This document shows positions 25,870 to 37,783 of a stretch of 64,000 nucleotides of DNA, in pieces. This DNA comes from Leucoraja erinacea (lineage: Eukaryota). The translations under genes were made by a program, and so were the position numbers. Numbering within the stretch: the first letter of the stretch is position 1; every line of letters begins with the position of its first letter. The notes beneath the pieces are model-generated. The model did not search any database. It was given only the letters and a program-made list of their open reading frames with translations, and was not told the origin of the DNA. The stretch is from contig NC_073389.1 in the NCBI RefSeq assembly GCF_028641065.1, positions 43,276,001 to 43,340,000 on the forward strand. Direction: 5' to 3'.

Positions 25870-26505
25870 TAGATAAAGACACAAAGTTCTGGAGTAACTT
25901 AGAGGGTCGGGCAGGTTCTCTGGAGAACTTGGATAGATGACGTTTCAGGAGGGGACACTTCAAGTCAAGTCAAGTCAAGTCAAGTTTATTTGTCACATAC
26001 ACATACAAGATGTGCAGTGAAATGAAAGTGGCAATGCTCGCAGACTTTTGTGCAAAAGACAAACAACAAAACAACCAAACAAATTATAAACACAATCATA
26101 GCACACATATTCTTTTACATGATAAATAATAGAAGGAAAAACGTTCTGTAGAGTTAGTCCCTGGTGAGATAGGCGTTTACAGTCCGAATTGCCTCTGGGA
26201 AGAAACTCTTCAGGCTGATCGGGGGTAAGGAGGGGCAGGACAAAACTGGGCAAGTAATAATCCTTGTCCTTGCCAGGCTTTGTTCAGCCCCTCCAAGCCT
26301 GCCCCTCGTTGCTTATCGCTTGCCAGGCATTGTCCTGCACATCCACTCTTCCAGCTTTCATCTCCCCCACCCCAATCAGTCAGAAGAAGGGTACCGATCA
26401 AAACTGTCATGTATCCATGTTCTCCAGAGATGCTGCCTAGCCCGCTGAGTTACTCCAGCAACTTGTGTGTCTTTTTGTAAAACAGCACCTATGGTTCTTT
26501 ATTTC
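25870..26505. mobile_element. Long Penelope-type fold-back element with a nested Rex1-type 3' end (about 25961-26207, minus)
   Basis: Inverted family arms at both ends; the insert carries a (CAAGT)n tail and closely matches the 3' end of the Rex-type copy at 48215-48480. Confidence 0.7.
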
Positions 26506-26639
26506 TACTTCCTTCAAATACAAAATGCACCAATGAAGGGTAATAAGGCTGTACAAAAAGAAAATAAAAGTGCGTGTTTTAATTTCATGGGATAGGTTCA
26601 TGAACAGGCAGACAGACGAGGCTGAATAACTGACAGAGC

Positions 26640-27480
26640 CACAGAGTGATACAGCACTGAAACAGGCCCTTCAGCCCAACCTGTCCATGACAACCAAAAT
26701 ATCGCAACTAAGCTAGTCCCATTTGTCTGTGTTTGGCCCCTATCTCTAAATGTTTTTCCTCTATATACTCTATTTAAATCACCTTTATATGATGTTATTC
26801 TACTTGTCTCGTCGATGCTCTCTTAATTTGCATACCTTTGGAAAAAGACACTGTGCTTTCACCCCATCACCCTCGTGATTTTATACACCTTAATAAGATC
26901 ACCACTCAACCTCCCGCACTCTAACGAATAAAGTCCTTGTCTGTCTAACCTATAGCTCAGGGCTTTAAGTCCTTGAAACATCCTCATAAATCTTCTCTGA
27001 AAGCCCTTATCTCTTTGCTCTCATAGATGGAAAGATCCCAAAATGGTATTTTGAATAAGTCCAAGGGCATTATCTCTGATGCCCTGGCCAATATTCATTC
27101 ACCATCCAAAAGAATAGCAACAAATTATCTGATCATTTTCAAGCACAATTTGTGTGAACATAATGAGCACAAATCCTATACTACATCAGATATTACACTT
27201 CAAAAGAAAAGGGTCAGGATAGAATTCAAGAAGCAGGCTGGTGGAATGGCCCAGATTGTGTAGCGATACTGTGGTAGGAAGCACAAAGAGGCAATATAAT
27301 GCAAAACATCAAGAGCATGCAGGGACACATGGGCCTCCGAATATATGTACTCACATCTTTGAAGGTAGCTGGTCAGGTTGAAAAAGTGATTTTTTTAAAA
27401 AAAGTATAAAAGATCATGTGCCTTATAAACAGAGGGGCACAACACAATAGCATGGAACTTGTGTTGAATCTCTGGTTTGA
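26640..27480. mobile_element. Degenerate CR1 fragments (minus about 26640-27000; plus about 27240-27480)
   Basis: CR1 3' UTR motif ACAGGCCCTTCAGCCCAAC and ORF2-like traces. Confidence 0.55.
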
Positions 27481-27614
27481 CAACAAGTATTCAATTCCGT
27501 TATAGGCAAGAATATTGCCCCTTTTGTAGCTGTTAGGTTACAAAAACTCATTGTTATTCATTTTATTCTCATTATGACTTGGTTATCTTAAAGAAACCCA
27601 ACAGTTCGAGGATG

Positions 27615-27880
27615 ACTGTGGCGCAGCTGGTAGAGTTGCTGCCTCGCAGCGCTTCGAACGCGGGTCGATCCTGGCCCCGGGTGCTGTCTGTGTGGAGTTC
27701 TCCCCGTGAACGCGGGAGTTTTCTCTGGGTACTCCTCCTACATATCAAATAATTGCAGGTTAACTGGCCTCTGTAAAATTGACAGGATTGTAGTGTGTAG
27801 GTTTGTAGTGGATGAGAAAGCACGATAATACAGAACTAATGTAAACAGGTGATCCGTGGTCTGCGTGGAGTCGGGAGGCC
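27615..27880 (+). mobile_element. HE1-like V-SINE
   Basis: A box TGGCGCAGCTGG, B-box-like GGGTCGATCC, V-SINE body. Confidence 0.75.
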
Positions 27881-28696
27881 TTCAAAGCCGACAATCTGTA
27901 ATACATTTCTAAAATAAAAAGATGCATGCATGTAACTGATTTATTTTAGCAGGAGTGCAAAAACCTGCAATCATTCTGACCCGATTGTCTTCACTTTATT
28001 AGCGTTCTCGATGTGTATTTTCTTTCGGTGACACCGAGGCATGTTTTGTTCACCCTTCCCCGCCACACCCCCACGCCCCACCCCCACTAATAACTTAGAA
28101 GGGAAATCCCAAATAAACGAATGTAAAAGCCGATAAAGTCACATCCCCGCGATACCCAACGATCCCGCAGCAGGCAGACAATCTTTTTGACGCCATAATC
28201 TGTTTGGTCCATTACCACCATTTGGACACTTGGTACTGTGCTTGCTTGGGAGTCCAATTGCTTCAGTGATCATCCGTTCGCGTACAAAATGCTGGAACGT
28301 GGCCTGCGTTGTCGATTCACGGTTTAGTGCAACCTTGGGTCATTAACATGCGGGTACAAGTTACAAGTGCTACAGCCCAATGTGCTCCCGAGCTGTTACC
28401 AAGAGCTTGCAAGGACATTATCCCTAAATGAATTCGTTCCATCCTTCGGAGAGCTATTAGACATTATTGAACACAGATTAAATTAAAGATAGACACAAAA
28501 TGCTAGAGTAACTCAGCGGGTCAGGCATCACTTCTGGAGAAAAGGAATAGGTGACGTTTCGAGATCCTTTAACGTGGCATCTCCGGAGAAAAGGAAAAGG
28601 TGACGAAACGTTTTCCTTTTCTCCGCTGGGTTACTCCAGTATTCTGTGTCTATCTTCGGTGTAAACCAGCATCTGCAGTTCCTTATCACAAAGAAT

Positions 28697-29303
28697 ATAA
28701 TAACCATATAACAATTACAGCACGGAAACAGGCCATCTCGACCCTTCTAGTCCGTGCCGAACACGTATTCTCCCCTAGTCCCATACACCTGGGTTCAGAC
28801 CATAACCTTCCATACCTTTCCCGTCCATATAACTATCCAATTTATTTTTAAATGATAAAAACGAACCTGCCTCCACCACCTTCACTGGAAGCTCATTCCA
28901 CACAGCCACCACTCTCTGAGTAAAGAAGTTCCCCCTCATGTTACCCCTAAACTTCTGTCCCTTAATTCTCAAGTCATGTCCCCTTGTTTGAATCTTCCCT
29001 CCTCTCAGTGGGAAAAGCTTATCCACGTCAACTCTGTCTATCCCTCTCATCATTTTAAAGACCTCTATCAAGTCCCCCCTTAACCTTCTGCGCTCCAAAG
29101 AATAAAGCCCTAACTTGTTCAACCTTTCTCTGTAACGTAGTTGCTGAAACCCAGGCAACATTCTAGTAAATCTCCTCTGTACTCTCTCTATTTTGTTGAC
29201 ATCCTTCCTATAATTAGGCGACCAAAATTGTACACCATTCTCCAAAATTGGCCTCACCAATGCCTTGTACAATTTGAACATTACATCCCAGCTTCTATAC
29301 TCA
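28697..29303 (-). mobile_element. CR1-clade (HER1-like) LINE 3' fragment, young
   Basis: LYKALVRPILENGVQFWSP...IERVQRRFTRMLPG...LGLYSLERRRLRGDLIEVFK...TRGH is the CR1 ORF2 C-terminus. Confidence 0.92.
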
Positions 29304-30324
29304 GAATAAATACAACTCATTATTATTTAACATAATCTGTCATTTTGAAACGGTGCGAATGTACAAGCTTGTTATACACTTGCTGGTCAAGTTGAATTGT
29401 TAAACCAGAATGTATTTGTACCACTTAATAACAAAGTAGATTTTAATTTTTATCATGCAACCTCGCTGAATTTTGCAATTCCACTGCGCTGGTGTAATAT
29501 CCATCCTTTAATTGAGGAATCCGCCAGATATCTTCACCACTTTGTGTGAGTGAGCTGTTGTGTTGGTTCCACCTACACATTAGTGTTGGTGAAAGTATTC
29601 GAACAAACCTATCTAAAAACAGATAGACCCAGATCGTTCCAGTCCGACCCGAAACGGCACCTATTCCTTTTCTCCAAAGATGCCGCCTGAACCGTTGAGT
29701 TACTCCAGCAATTTTGGCGTATCTTCGGTAGAACCCAGCATTTGCAGTTCCTTCATAGACACATTTAAAACCTGAATTATCTGCCCATCCAAATTTCAAT
29801 TCATAGAAGTAGTATCTACGACACCTAGTAACGCAATACATTCCAATACATTAATAAAAACAAAACGTTTCTCCCAGATATGATCGTGATTCTGCACAGT
29901 TCTGCATTGAACACATTCACTGTACATGTCTGTTTTGAAGGCAATAGTTAACAATCTCGTGGAGGTGCAGCTGAACGTTTGACTTGAGGTTCATTTGGCG
30001 CCTTGTCATGTCTCAGATTCTACGCAATTTTCTCTATATTTTATTTTGTCATCATTGCATAAACTTTCTGGTGTGCATGAATTTTGCCTTCTAAAGTACT
30101 TCCCTATTTTAGGATGTTGCTGGCTGATGTTCGCCGAATGTTTTGCATTCTACGTTATTTTGTGAGTATGGTGTCTCTAAAGTGATATGATCAACGTCTT
30201 CGACCAGTTATCTAGAGAACCAGGCATTCCAACATCGTGTACGGATTTACACCTACGGTCTTGGTGATTGTTTTAACCTTTCATCTCTGTAATGGTACTC
30301 TGTTTGGTCAAGTAAAGACGCTCT

Positions 30325-30557
30325 CAGCCTGAAGAAGGGTCTCGACCCGAAGCGTCACGCATTCCTTCTCCCCAGAGATATTGCCTGTCCCGCTGAGTTA
30401 ATCCAGCATTTTGTGTCTATCTTCAGTGTCAGTGTCTGACGAAGGGTCCAGACCCGAAACGTCACCTATCCATGTTGTCCGGGGATGCTGTCTAGCCCGC
30501 TGAGTTACTCTAATACTGCGCGTCTTTCACAAGTATCTGCAGTTCCTTGTGTCTACA
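30325..30557 (+). mobile_element. Head-to-tail tandem of two Penelope-type hammerhead units
   Basis: Cores start at 30329 (GAAG variant) and 30436, 107 nt apart, each followed by the family 3' sequence. Confidence 0.75.
30436..30463 (+). ncRNA. Minimal type I hammerhead ribozyme core (Penelope-type)
   Basis: CUGACGA-A-GGGUC(CA)GACCC-GAAA-C-GUC; helix I is weak. Confidence 0.55.
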
Positions 30558-33373
30558 TTCTGTTCAAATGTTACGTCGGTTATGTGCGCCATGGATGCAC
30601 GATCAACTGCTTCTGAATGCAAAAGACAAAAAACAAAAGACAAAAATGCTGGAGGAAGCCAGTGGACCAGGCAGCATCTATGTGACGAATAAAACTGATT
30701 GATTGATTGATTGATTGAGAATGGGCAAAGGACGTTGTGGATCAGGACCTGCTGATTTCCTCCAGCGCTTCGTTTTTTTGCTCAAGGTTCCGCCATCTGC
30801 AGTTTCTTGTGAATATCACTCGGTGTGTGTGCGCGTGTGATGTGTGAGTTAAAGTATCAAAACTGGTAGCACACAGCAAAAGATGTTCACTGTACCTCGG
30901 TACACGTGACAATAAACTTAACTAAGCTAAACTTACTGAATCTGATTTTCAGTCCACTTATTTTTTCCAAACAGGAAGTCCAGAGGACTCTCTGCTCCAC
31001 ACTCCATGGCCAAAGTGTGTTCTGTATTGTAAAATGGAGAATAAGCAAGAAGGCAAATCAAGCAGGGTGATTATATGAACCTAATTCTAATCATTGTCAT
31101 CCGCAGCTGCATGGAAACTGACGACGTGTGGTGGGTGTTTGTACTTTGCAGTGAGGGAGTCAACAAATGTGCAGTGTTTGTATGGTGTATCTTAATGTGG
31201 AACAGCTGAAATCTGGTACAACTGAATTAGCAGCTGTCGTGTAAATGGGGGCTTTGGATAACTTATTATGGTCATTAGTTGATGTACATAAGTGGTGAAA
31301 TGTATTATTACATGTGATTTTGATAGTCCCGTTCTTTGACCGACATTACAGTTGATGCTGATCTTCGTGGCTCTGGGTGAATTGTATTAAATACTTAACC
31401 ATGTCCTGATGATATCCGCGACAACCTTTTTTTTTTTCTGCTCCGGATTCAAGGCTTCCGAACTCGGAAGGAAACTATGAATTCTACAAGTACAATCGCG
31501 TTGGAAATAATTATTTGCTTAAGTAAGAAAGCAGGATGCCCCTAAGTTATATGAGACTGGTTGTACAGAAGATGTAATGGCATCTGAAAAGAAAATGCTC
31601 TCAACAATGTCACTCTTTTCAAGCCAGACGCAGGAGGATCTGTCAAATTTAATTATTTATGCATGTTGTAAGTAACGAAAATACCAAGTAGTCCAAACAA
31701 AATGTTTTAATGATGAATATTCAAAATATCGTTCGCTCTATTTGAAGCTATCGCTGCTCACCTTTCGCGCTGCAGATAATTTCAGATATGAAAGTAGAAG
31801 GCTGTGGAGGCCATCAATGGATATTTTTAAGGCAGAGATTGGCAGATTCTTGGGTACACAAAAATGCTGGAGAAACTCAGCGGGTGCAGCAGCATCTATG
31901 GAGCGAAGGGTTGGCAGATTCGTGTTTGGGAAGGGTTATGGAAGTGTATAGAAAGGAAATGAAGACCCTTCTTCAGACTGATGGGAGAATGGGGTTGAGA
32001 GGGAAAGATAGATCGGCCATGGTGGAGTAGACTTGATGGGCCGAATGGCCAAATTCTGTTCCTTGAACTTAAGAATTAGCTAAAAAGCACATTCACAGGA
32101 AATATGCAAATACATGTAAAGACGCTGAACATCCCACCTTTTATAAAACAAACGCAATTGCGGATTTTATTTTCATCCACAAGGAAACACTAGACAATTA
32201 TGATATATATATTTTATAATGAGATTATCGCCGTCGGACCGAATGGACGGCGCAAGGCTGCTGTAGTTGAGAGGAAAGAAAAACTCACGGTGTGATAAGG
32301 CACATGGTTGTTGTCCTCTCTGATTAAAGGAATTCTTACTGGCTTAAATGTAAATAGATGATGCGTCTTTCTTACGATTGTATGCAGGGAGTACCCGAAC
32401 GCCCTCCCCTAAGTTTGGCACCGGTTTTTGATTTTGCTTGAGTACCCAATATGCTAGTTGGGTAGATTGGAAGTTGACTTTCAGTTTATGTTACGTTCTG
32501 GATTGTTAGATTGTTATAACTTTTGGCCCAGGCTTCCCGAAAGATAATGTTAAATAATGTTTCAAATCCCTCTGAAATCCATCGTCTGCAAGTCGTCCAC
32601 CTGTTAAATAATATACTGCTATTTCGTGTGAATTCCAATCTTTTGGCCACCATCTGCTACCTTCATATTCTGTCAGTTACCTAGTGCCATGCAATGTAGT
32701 TTCGGCAAATCCGCAGGTAATTCAGGTACGTATTTTTCCCTGATAGTTTTGAGAAATAATAATGCATTCAACATACTTTTTAAAAAACCTAATAAATATT
32801 AGCTTCGTTATATTAAACATGCAATTTCCTGTATAAAAAAAAAGAAGACGCACAATATTTTCACAGATCATAGACTTGATATGAAATGACTTCAGGCCAA
32901 TTGGTTAGAATAGAAACATAAAATGCTGGAATTACTCAGCGGGACAGGCAGCATCTCTGGCGAGAAGGAATGGGTGACGTTTCGGGTCGAGAGCCTTCTT
33001 CACACTGAATGCATATTGGTGTTTGGGCATTAACTGCGATTATTGTATAAAATACTGGTTTTAAATATAAGGTCTGTAATGAATGGTTATTCACCCCGGA
33101 ACTCGTATAAAGTGACATTCTTTTATATGCAGATGTCAATTTGATTTGTCTATCGAAAGCAAACTGTTGCTAAAAAATACTATATGCCCTGCTTGTAAAA
33201 GAGAGCGCGCACCCGAACACAGACACAATTCGCAGAAAATGTGCCCTATGTCCTAAATAGCAGATAACGTTTCACTGCAGTTGAGGGGTATCTTTGCGAG
33301 ATCAATATTGTGCTTGAAGCTAAGGAAGCACGGAATAAACAACACGCCAACTCTAACTCTGCATATCAAAACA

Positions 33374-33379
33374 TTTATT
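33374..33379 (-). terminator. olig1 polyadenylation signal
   Basis: AATAAA on the minus strand about 600 nt after the stop codon, followed by a GU-rich downstream element (GGCGTGTTGTTT). Confidence 0.6.
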
Positions 33380-33975
33380 GCATATATATATAACTGTACA
33401 ATACATTTAATGCACGCGATTAGATTAGAACATTTGTCCACAAAACACTAACCGATAACAGTTCAATTTCCCGACTTTAAAAAAAAAGTGACGCATTGAT
33501 GAGTTGGTACACAAGGAGTGGCGTTGCTGAATTGTTAACAATAAATACCGTAACCATTGTTAATAGAAGCTCAACGCTTTGTTAAGGAGTAATTATTCTG
33601 CAATTAGAATGAATTTATACAATGAAAGTCCGGTTGGTTCTGTCATTCACAAGGACGTATTACTAAATATTATCGCTTGTATTGGGAGCCATAAAACTGA
33701 AAACCCTTTTGCATATCCCTTCGTTAATCCGAAAACAATAAGGAGTACCGGCCCTGACGTCAATGAAATCCTTATCCTAATCCACCTACTAACATTAAGC
33801 ATTAATATAAACAAAGAAACTCGCAATACTGTAGTGCTTACAAAGTAGAGAAAATAGCATTATTCTAGTTCACTTATTCGTGTCTTTTGTTTAATTCATT
33901 CATACAAGTTTGTTTTTTACGGTGTTTGAAGCGATCCCAGCAATGTCCCAGTGCGATGTTTGGTGATTTCCGGCA

Positions 33976-34626
33976 TCACTTGGGAAACCTCGTCTGGAGA
34001 CTGGGAGGGTTGAGGGTCGAGGGGATACAGTGAAACCTGCAAGCGGCACAAGCGCAAGGAGAGCCGGGCCACTGCTGGAAACAAGCCTGATCGTCCGGAG
34101 TCAAGGGGCACTTCATGGTCGGAGACGAGTGCCTGGGAGTGCCCAGGGTCAAGAGAGACGGAGCGGCTCCCAGCAGCAGCGAGCCCCCGGCTGTCAACAC
34201 TGGCAGCTGGGCCAGCCGAGAGGCAGAGCCGCTCCGGCCGTACATCTCGCCGATCAGCCTCTTCATCTCTTCCAGGGAGCTGGTGAGCATCAGGATGTAG
34301 TTCCTGGCCAGCAAGAGAGTGGCGATTTTGGACAGTTTCCTCACCGACGGCCCGTGAGCGTAAGGCATAACTTCCCGCAGCGCGTCCATGGCCACGTTCA
34401 GGTCGTGCATTCTCTTGCGCTCTCTGCTGTTGATCTTCTTCCTCAGTAGGAACTGCTCGTCCTCCGATAGATCCTTCTTACTCCTGGACTTGGCCGACGG
34501 GGTGGGACTGGGCGACTCGTCGGGGGAATGTGACCGATCGGCGGGGTCGATCTTGTGGGAGATGTTGTACAAGGTGGGCGTGACCACGAGCAGTTCGTTC
34601 GGCGTCGACTTCAGCAACTCGCTCAT
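33976..34626 (-). CDS. olig1: Oligodendrocyte transcription factor 1-like bHLH protein (216 aa, single coding exon)
   Basis: b[57 protein letters not shown] is unmistakably Olig family. Basic residue before KINS, MDALREV, C-terminal CxCxxCRF...LQTRFPK (cf. human OLIG1 ...VCKF...VQAQFSK) and absence of the Olig2/3 N-terminal MDSDA..SSRxSSP favour Olig1. First in-frame ATG at 34626 has a good Kozak context (cagaccATG); the ORF track's 34761 start is a TTG. Confidence 0.85.
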   Translation of the reverse strand: MSELLKSTPNELLVVTPTLYNISHKIDPADRSHSPDESPSPTPSAKSRSKKDLSEDEQFLLRKKINSRERKRMHDLNVAMDALREVMPYAHGPSVRKLSKIATLLLARNYILMLTSSLEEMKRLIGEMYGRSGSASRLAQLPVLTAGGSLLLGAAPSLLTLGTPRHSSPTMKCPLTPDDQACFQQWPGSPCACAACRFHCIPSTLNPPSLQTRFPK

Positions 34627-34850
34627 GGTCTGAAGTCCAGACTCGGTTTCTCGGGACAACGGATAATCGCGCTGACAACCCCTTTGTCCTGGTTCTCGGT
34701 TCCTCGCGAGCACCAAGGAGTAACCCGGGTGTTTCGTGGCGCTGCCGTCCTTTCTGCTCAATGTGTCAGTGTCAGTGTCAGTGTCAGTCTCCGAGGAGTT
34801 CGGCGACAGTCAAACCTAAAATGAACCTGGCACTGGCGGACGAGTGAAAG

Positions 34851-34920
34851 TATTTAACAGAGAATGGAGGAGAATCAGCCAATCTAAAGTCAGGACACAG
34901 TAACTGACCAACGCTATTGG
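34851..34920 (-). promoter_or_regulatory. olig1 core promoter (TATA-like box plus two CCAAT boxes)
   Basis: Minus-strand TTAAATA at 34851-34857; AGCCAATC at 34877-34884 and ATTGG at 34916-34920, about 225-295 nt upstream of the AUG. Confidence 0.55.
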
Positions 34921-36607
34921 TACAAGCTCTTTCAATGAAAAGTCTCAAAGAGCGCCTTCCACCCCCACCCCGCCTTAAATCCTGATATCTCTATTTATCA
35001 TCACAATTTAAAAAATACTAGTTTTATGTTCATTCCGCTATTGCGAGTTATTTCCACCCCCTCTACTTTTTTTTTCACCCATGCCCCTTCTCTTCCTCCT
35101 GTATCCATTCGCAGTAATTTCACATTCTGATTATTTTATATTTCCTGTTGATCAGATGAAAGATTTTAAGTCCATGGAGTTTAATCATTTCGGTGACCCG
35201 GGTTATTAAATATATACAAACCCGTACAGCTGCTGCTGCAAGTAAGAATTTTATTGTTCCGTTGTGGGACACATTGCAATAAAAAAAAAACCTCTTAGTT
35301 CTTAAATGAACTCTTAAAACATAAATAGCAACCAATCCAATTTCGGACGCCGTGTAAATAGTTGCTGGAATCTGCGTTGGTTTGGTCAGCAAATGAGTAG
35401 GAAAGATAGCTCAAGCCCTTCAATCTTTTGCTTATGTTTTGATTGAGGTTGTTTGAAATCTTCCCCCATTACTGCCACTATTTTAAATAGTTTTTTTCCC
35501 CGCTAAAACTACTATGCAGCTGGATTAAAGACGGAAAATGCGTTCAGCGCGCCTCTGTGGAAAGAGGTCGAGTTAAAGTTTCAGGTCCAGGATGTGGGTA
35601 TCCGAGTCCTTTACGATGTTGACACCGATACAGAATGCTGGAGTAACTTAGCGGGTCAGGCACTATCTCTGGAGAAAAGGAATAGGTGACGTTTCGGGTC
35701 GAGAACCTTCTTCTGAGTAAGAGTCAGGGGAAAGGGAAAATAGAGGTATGAAAAGGTCCTGAACAAATTAGAACCGGCACCGATGACCAAGGAAAGGCGG
35801 GGCCCACAATGGTCCATTGTTGGTAATAATGAAGAGATGCAAACAGTGCAAGTGGCAGAATTAGCAGTGCAACTTTAGAATGTACCCGAGCCTCCGTTTA
35901 TGCCTAGGGTCTTTACTGACAGCGGCGCTGGCAGCGCTGTCATTCACTTGTTCTTTGAAACACAGGAAAACAAAGTAAGACCATTGTAAGACGAGGTTAT
36001 TTCAGACGTAAAGAAGATTTTCACAAAAAAATATTGGGAGCTAATAAGAAACATCTTCCACGTACGCCGGGCATTGGAGGATTCATGTAGAAACATGTTA
36101 ATCAACTGGCATCGCTTATATAAATATATATTGATTAATATCAACTCATAATATGTCTTCACCTCCCCGACCAGTCGCTTGAGAACGGTACGCGTTGAAA
36201 TTTAGCATTGTAGTAAATATTACCGTGAAATAAATACCTTCTTTTGTGCGACTTAAAGACCAAGAGAAACTCTCGATAAACATTTTTTGTAAGCTAAAGG
36301 CAGGTGGCATAACTCAAAAAGCAACTGCCGTGGATGCACGAGAATCTGAAATGGTGCAGGAAAATGCTGGAAACTCAGGTGGCCTCTCTGGAGAGTGAAA
36401 CTGAGTTGATTGACAAGGAAATGCTGATACTGGTTTACCAAGGAAAAAACACTCTGCTGGAGTGACTCAGCGGGTCAGGTAGCATCCCCGGAGAACATGA
36501 ATATGTGACCCGAAACGTCACCTGCTCCATGTTCTCCAGTGAAGCTGCCTGACCCGCTGAGTTCCTCCAGCAATTGTGTATTTCCTTAATTGATTGACTG
36601 AAAGATG

Positions 36608-36875
36608 CAGAATTGAAACAGGTCATTCGGCCCACCGAGTCCAAGTCGACCATCGATCAGCCTAGTTCTTTGTTGTCTCACCTTCGCAAGCGCTCTCTAC
36701 ATATTAGGGGCAATTTACAGAGGCGAATTAACCTACAGACCCGCACGTCTTTGGGATGTGAGAGGAAACCAGTGCACCCGAAGGAAACCCACACGGCCAC
36801 AGGGAGAACTTGCAAACTTCAAACAGACAGAACCGGAGAGTTAACATTGAACTTGGGTCTCTGGCGATGTGAGAC
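36608..36875 (-). mobile_element. HE1-like V-SINE
   Basis: CACGTCTTTGGGATGTGAGAGGAAACC core and TTCGGCCCACCGAGTCC tail on the reverse strand. Confidence 0.75.
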
Positions 36876-37516
36876 ATGTTTTAAACCAATAACCTTTCAG
36901 TATAATTAATAATTGCACCAAGGATTATTAAGAAATAATCTTTGCAATTTTCAGTTATAGCAAAAATAGAAAGAAGCTCTAAAAAATACATAATAATGAC
37001 CGAACAACCATGTTCGTTTTTTGCAGAGATGACGGCTCCCCTCCCCACCCCCAACCCCATCCCAAGTGCCAACACAAAGCGACAGACCATATTAAGCAGA
37101 ACTCACAATTCACCCAACACATTCACTCACCGCCAAGTTCCCTGGACGTGCTGGAAAACCTAAACACACATACACACGCGCGCTGAAATGAATCGACTTA
37201 ATGATTCTAGGTGGTAGTTGTGTAGGAGAGCTGAACAAAGAATATATATATTGTCAATATAGACACTATAACTTTGTAAATAGACACGCTTACTTCGATC
37301 AGTTGTTTGTACCAGTGCAGGTTGCTTTAAGAATATTGTACGGGGGGAAAATCACGCTGCCTTTACATTTGAGTGTCCTTCACACCCACGGTACATGCTT
37401 GGTTAATGATCTTATGAGCAATGTTGGTTTCTTAATCGCATTTGGGACCAGCATCCGCGACATAACAGGTTAAATTATGGAGAGAGTTCTGCATTAAGTC
37501 CAGAACTAGTCATGCT

Positions 37517-37783
37517 TCTCAGCGCTGGAGACCCGGGTTCATTCCTGACTACAGGGTGTTTGTACGTTCTCCCGTGACTTGCGTGGGGGTTCTCCGGAAT
37601 CTCCGGTTTCCTCCCATACTCCAAAGACGTACAGGTTCGGAAGTTAATTGGTTTGGTATAATTGTAAGTTGTCCCTAGTGTGTGTAGGATAATATTAGTG
37701 TGCTTGGATCGCTGGTCGGCGCGGACTAGATGGGCCGAAGGGACTGATTCCGCGCTGTATCTCTGAACTAAAACCAAACTAAA
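37517..37783 (+). mobile_element. HE1-like V-SINE
   Basis: GACCCGGGTTCATTCC, CCGGTTTCCTCCCATACTCCAAAGACGT, GGGCCGAAGGG tail. Confidence 0.85.

Noticed and set aside
33755-33762. Perfect CRE palindrome TGACGTCA in the olig1 3' UTR
   Set aside because: A single 8-mer is expected by chance in 64 kb, especially in a CpG-retaining domain.
34627-34761. 45-aa N-terminal extension of the Olig ORF in the ORF track
   Set aside because: It starts at TTG, shows no Olig similarity, and the downstream ATG has a good Kozak context; probably 5' UTR.
34030-34824. Plus-strand ORFs overlapping olig1
   Set aside because: Antisense shadows of a GC-rich coding sequence with no recognisable domains.
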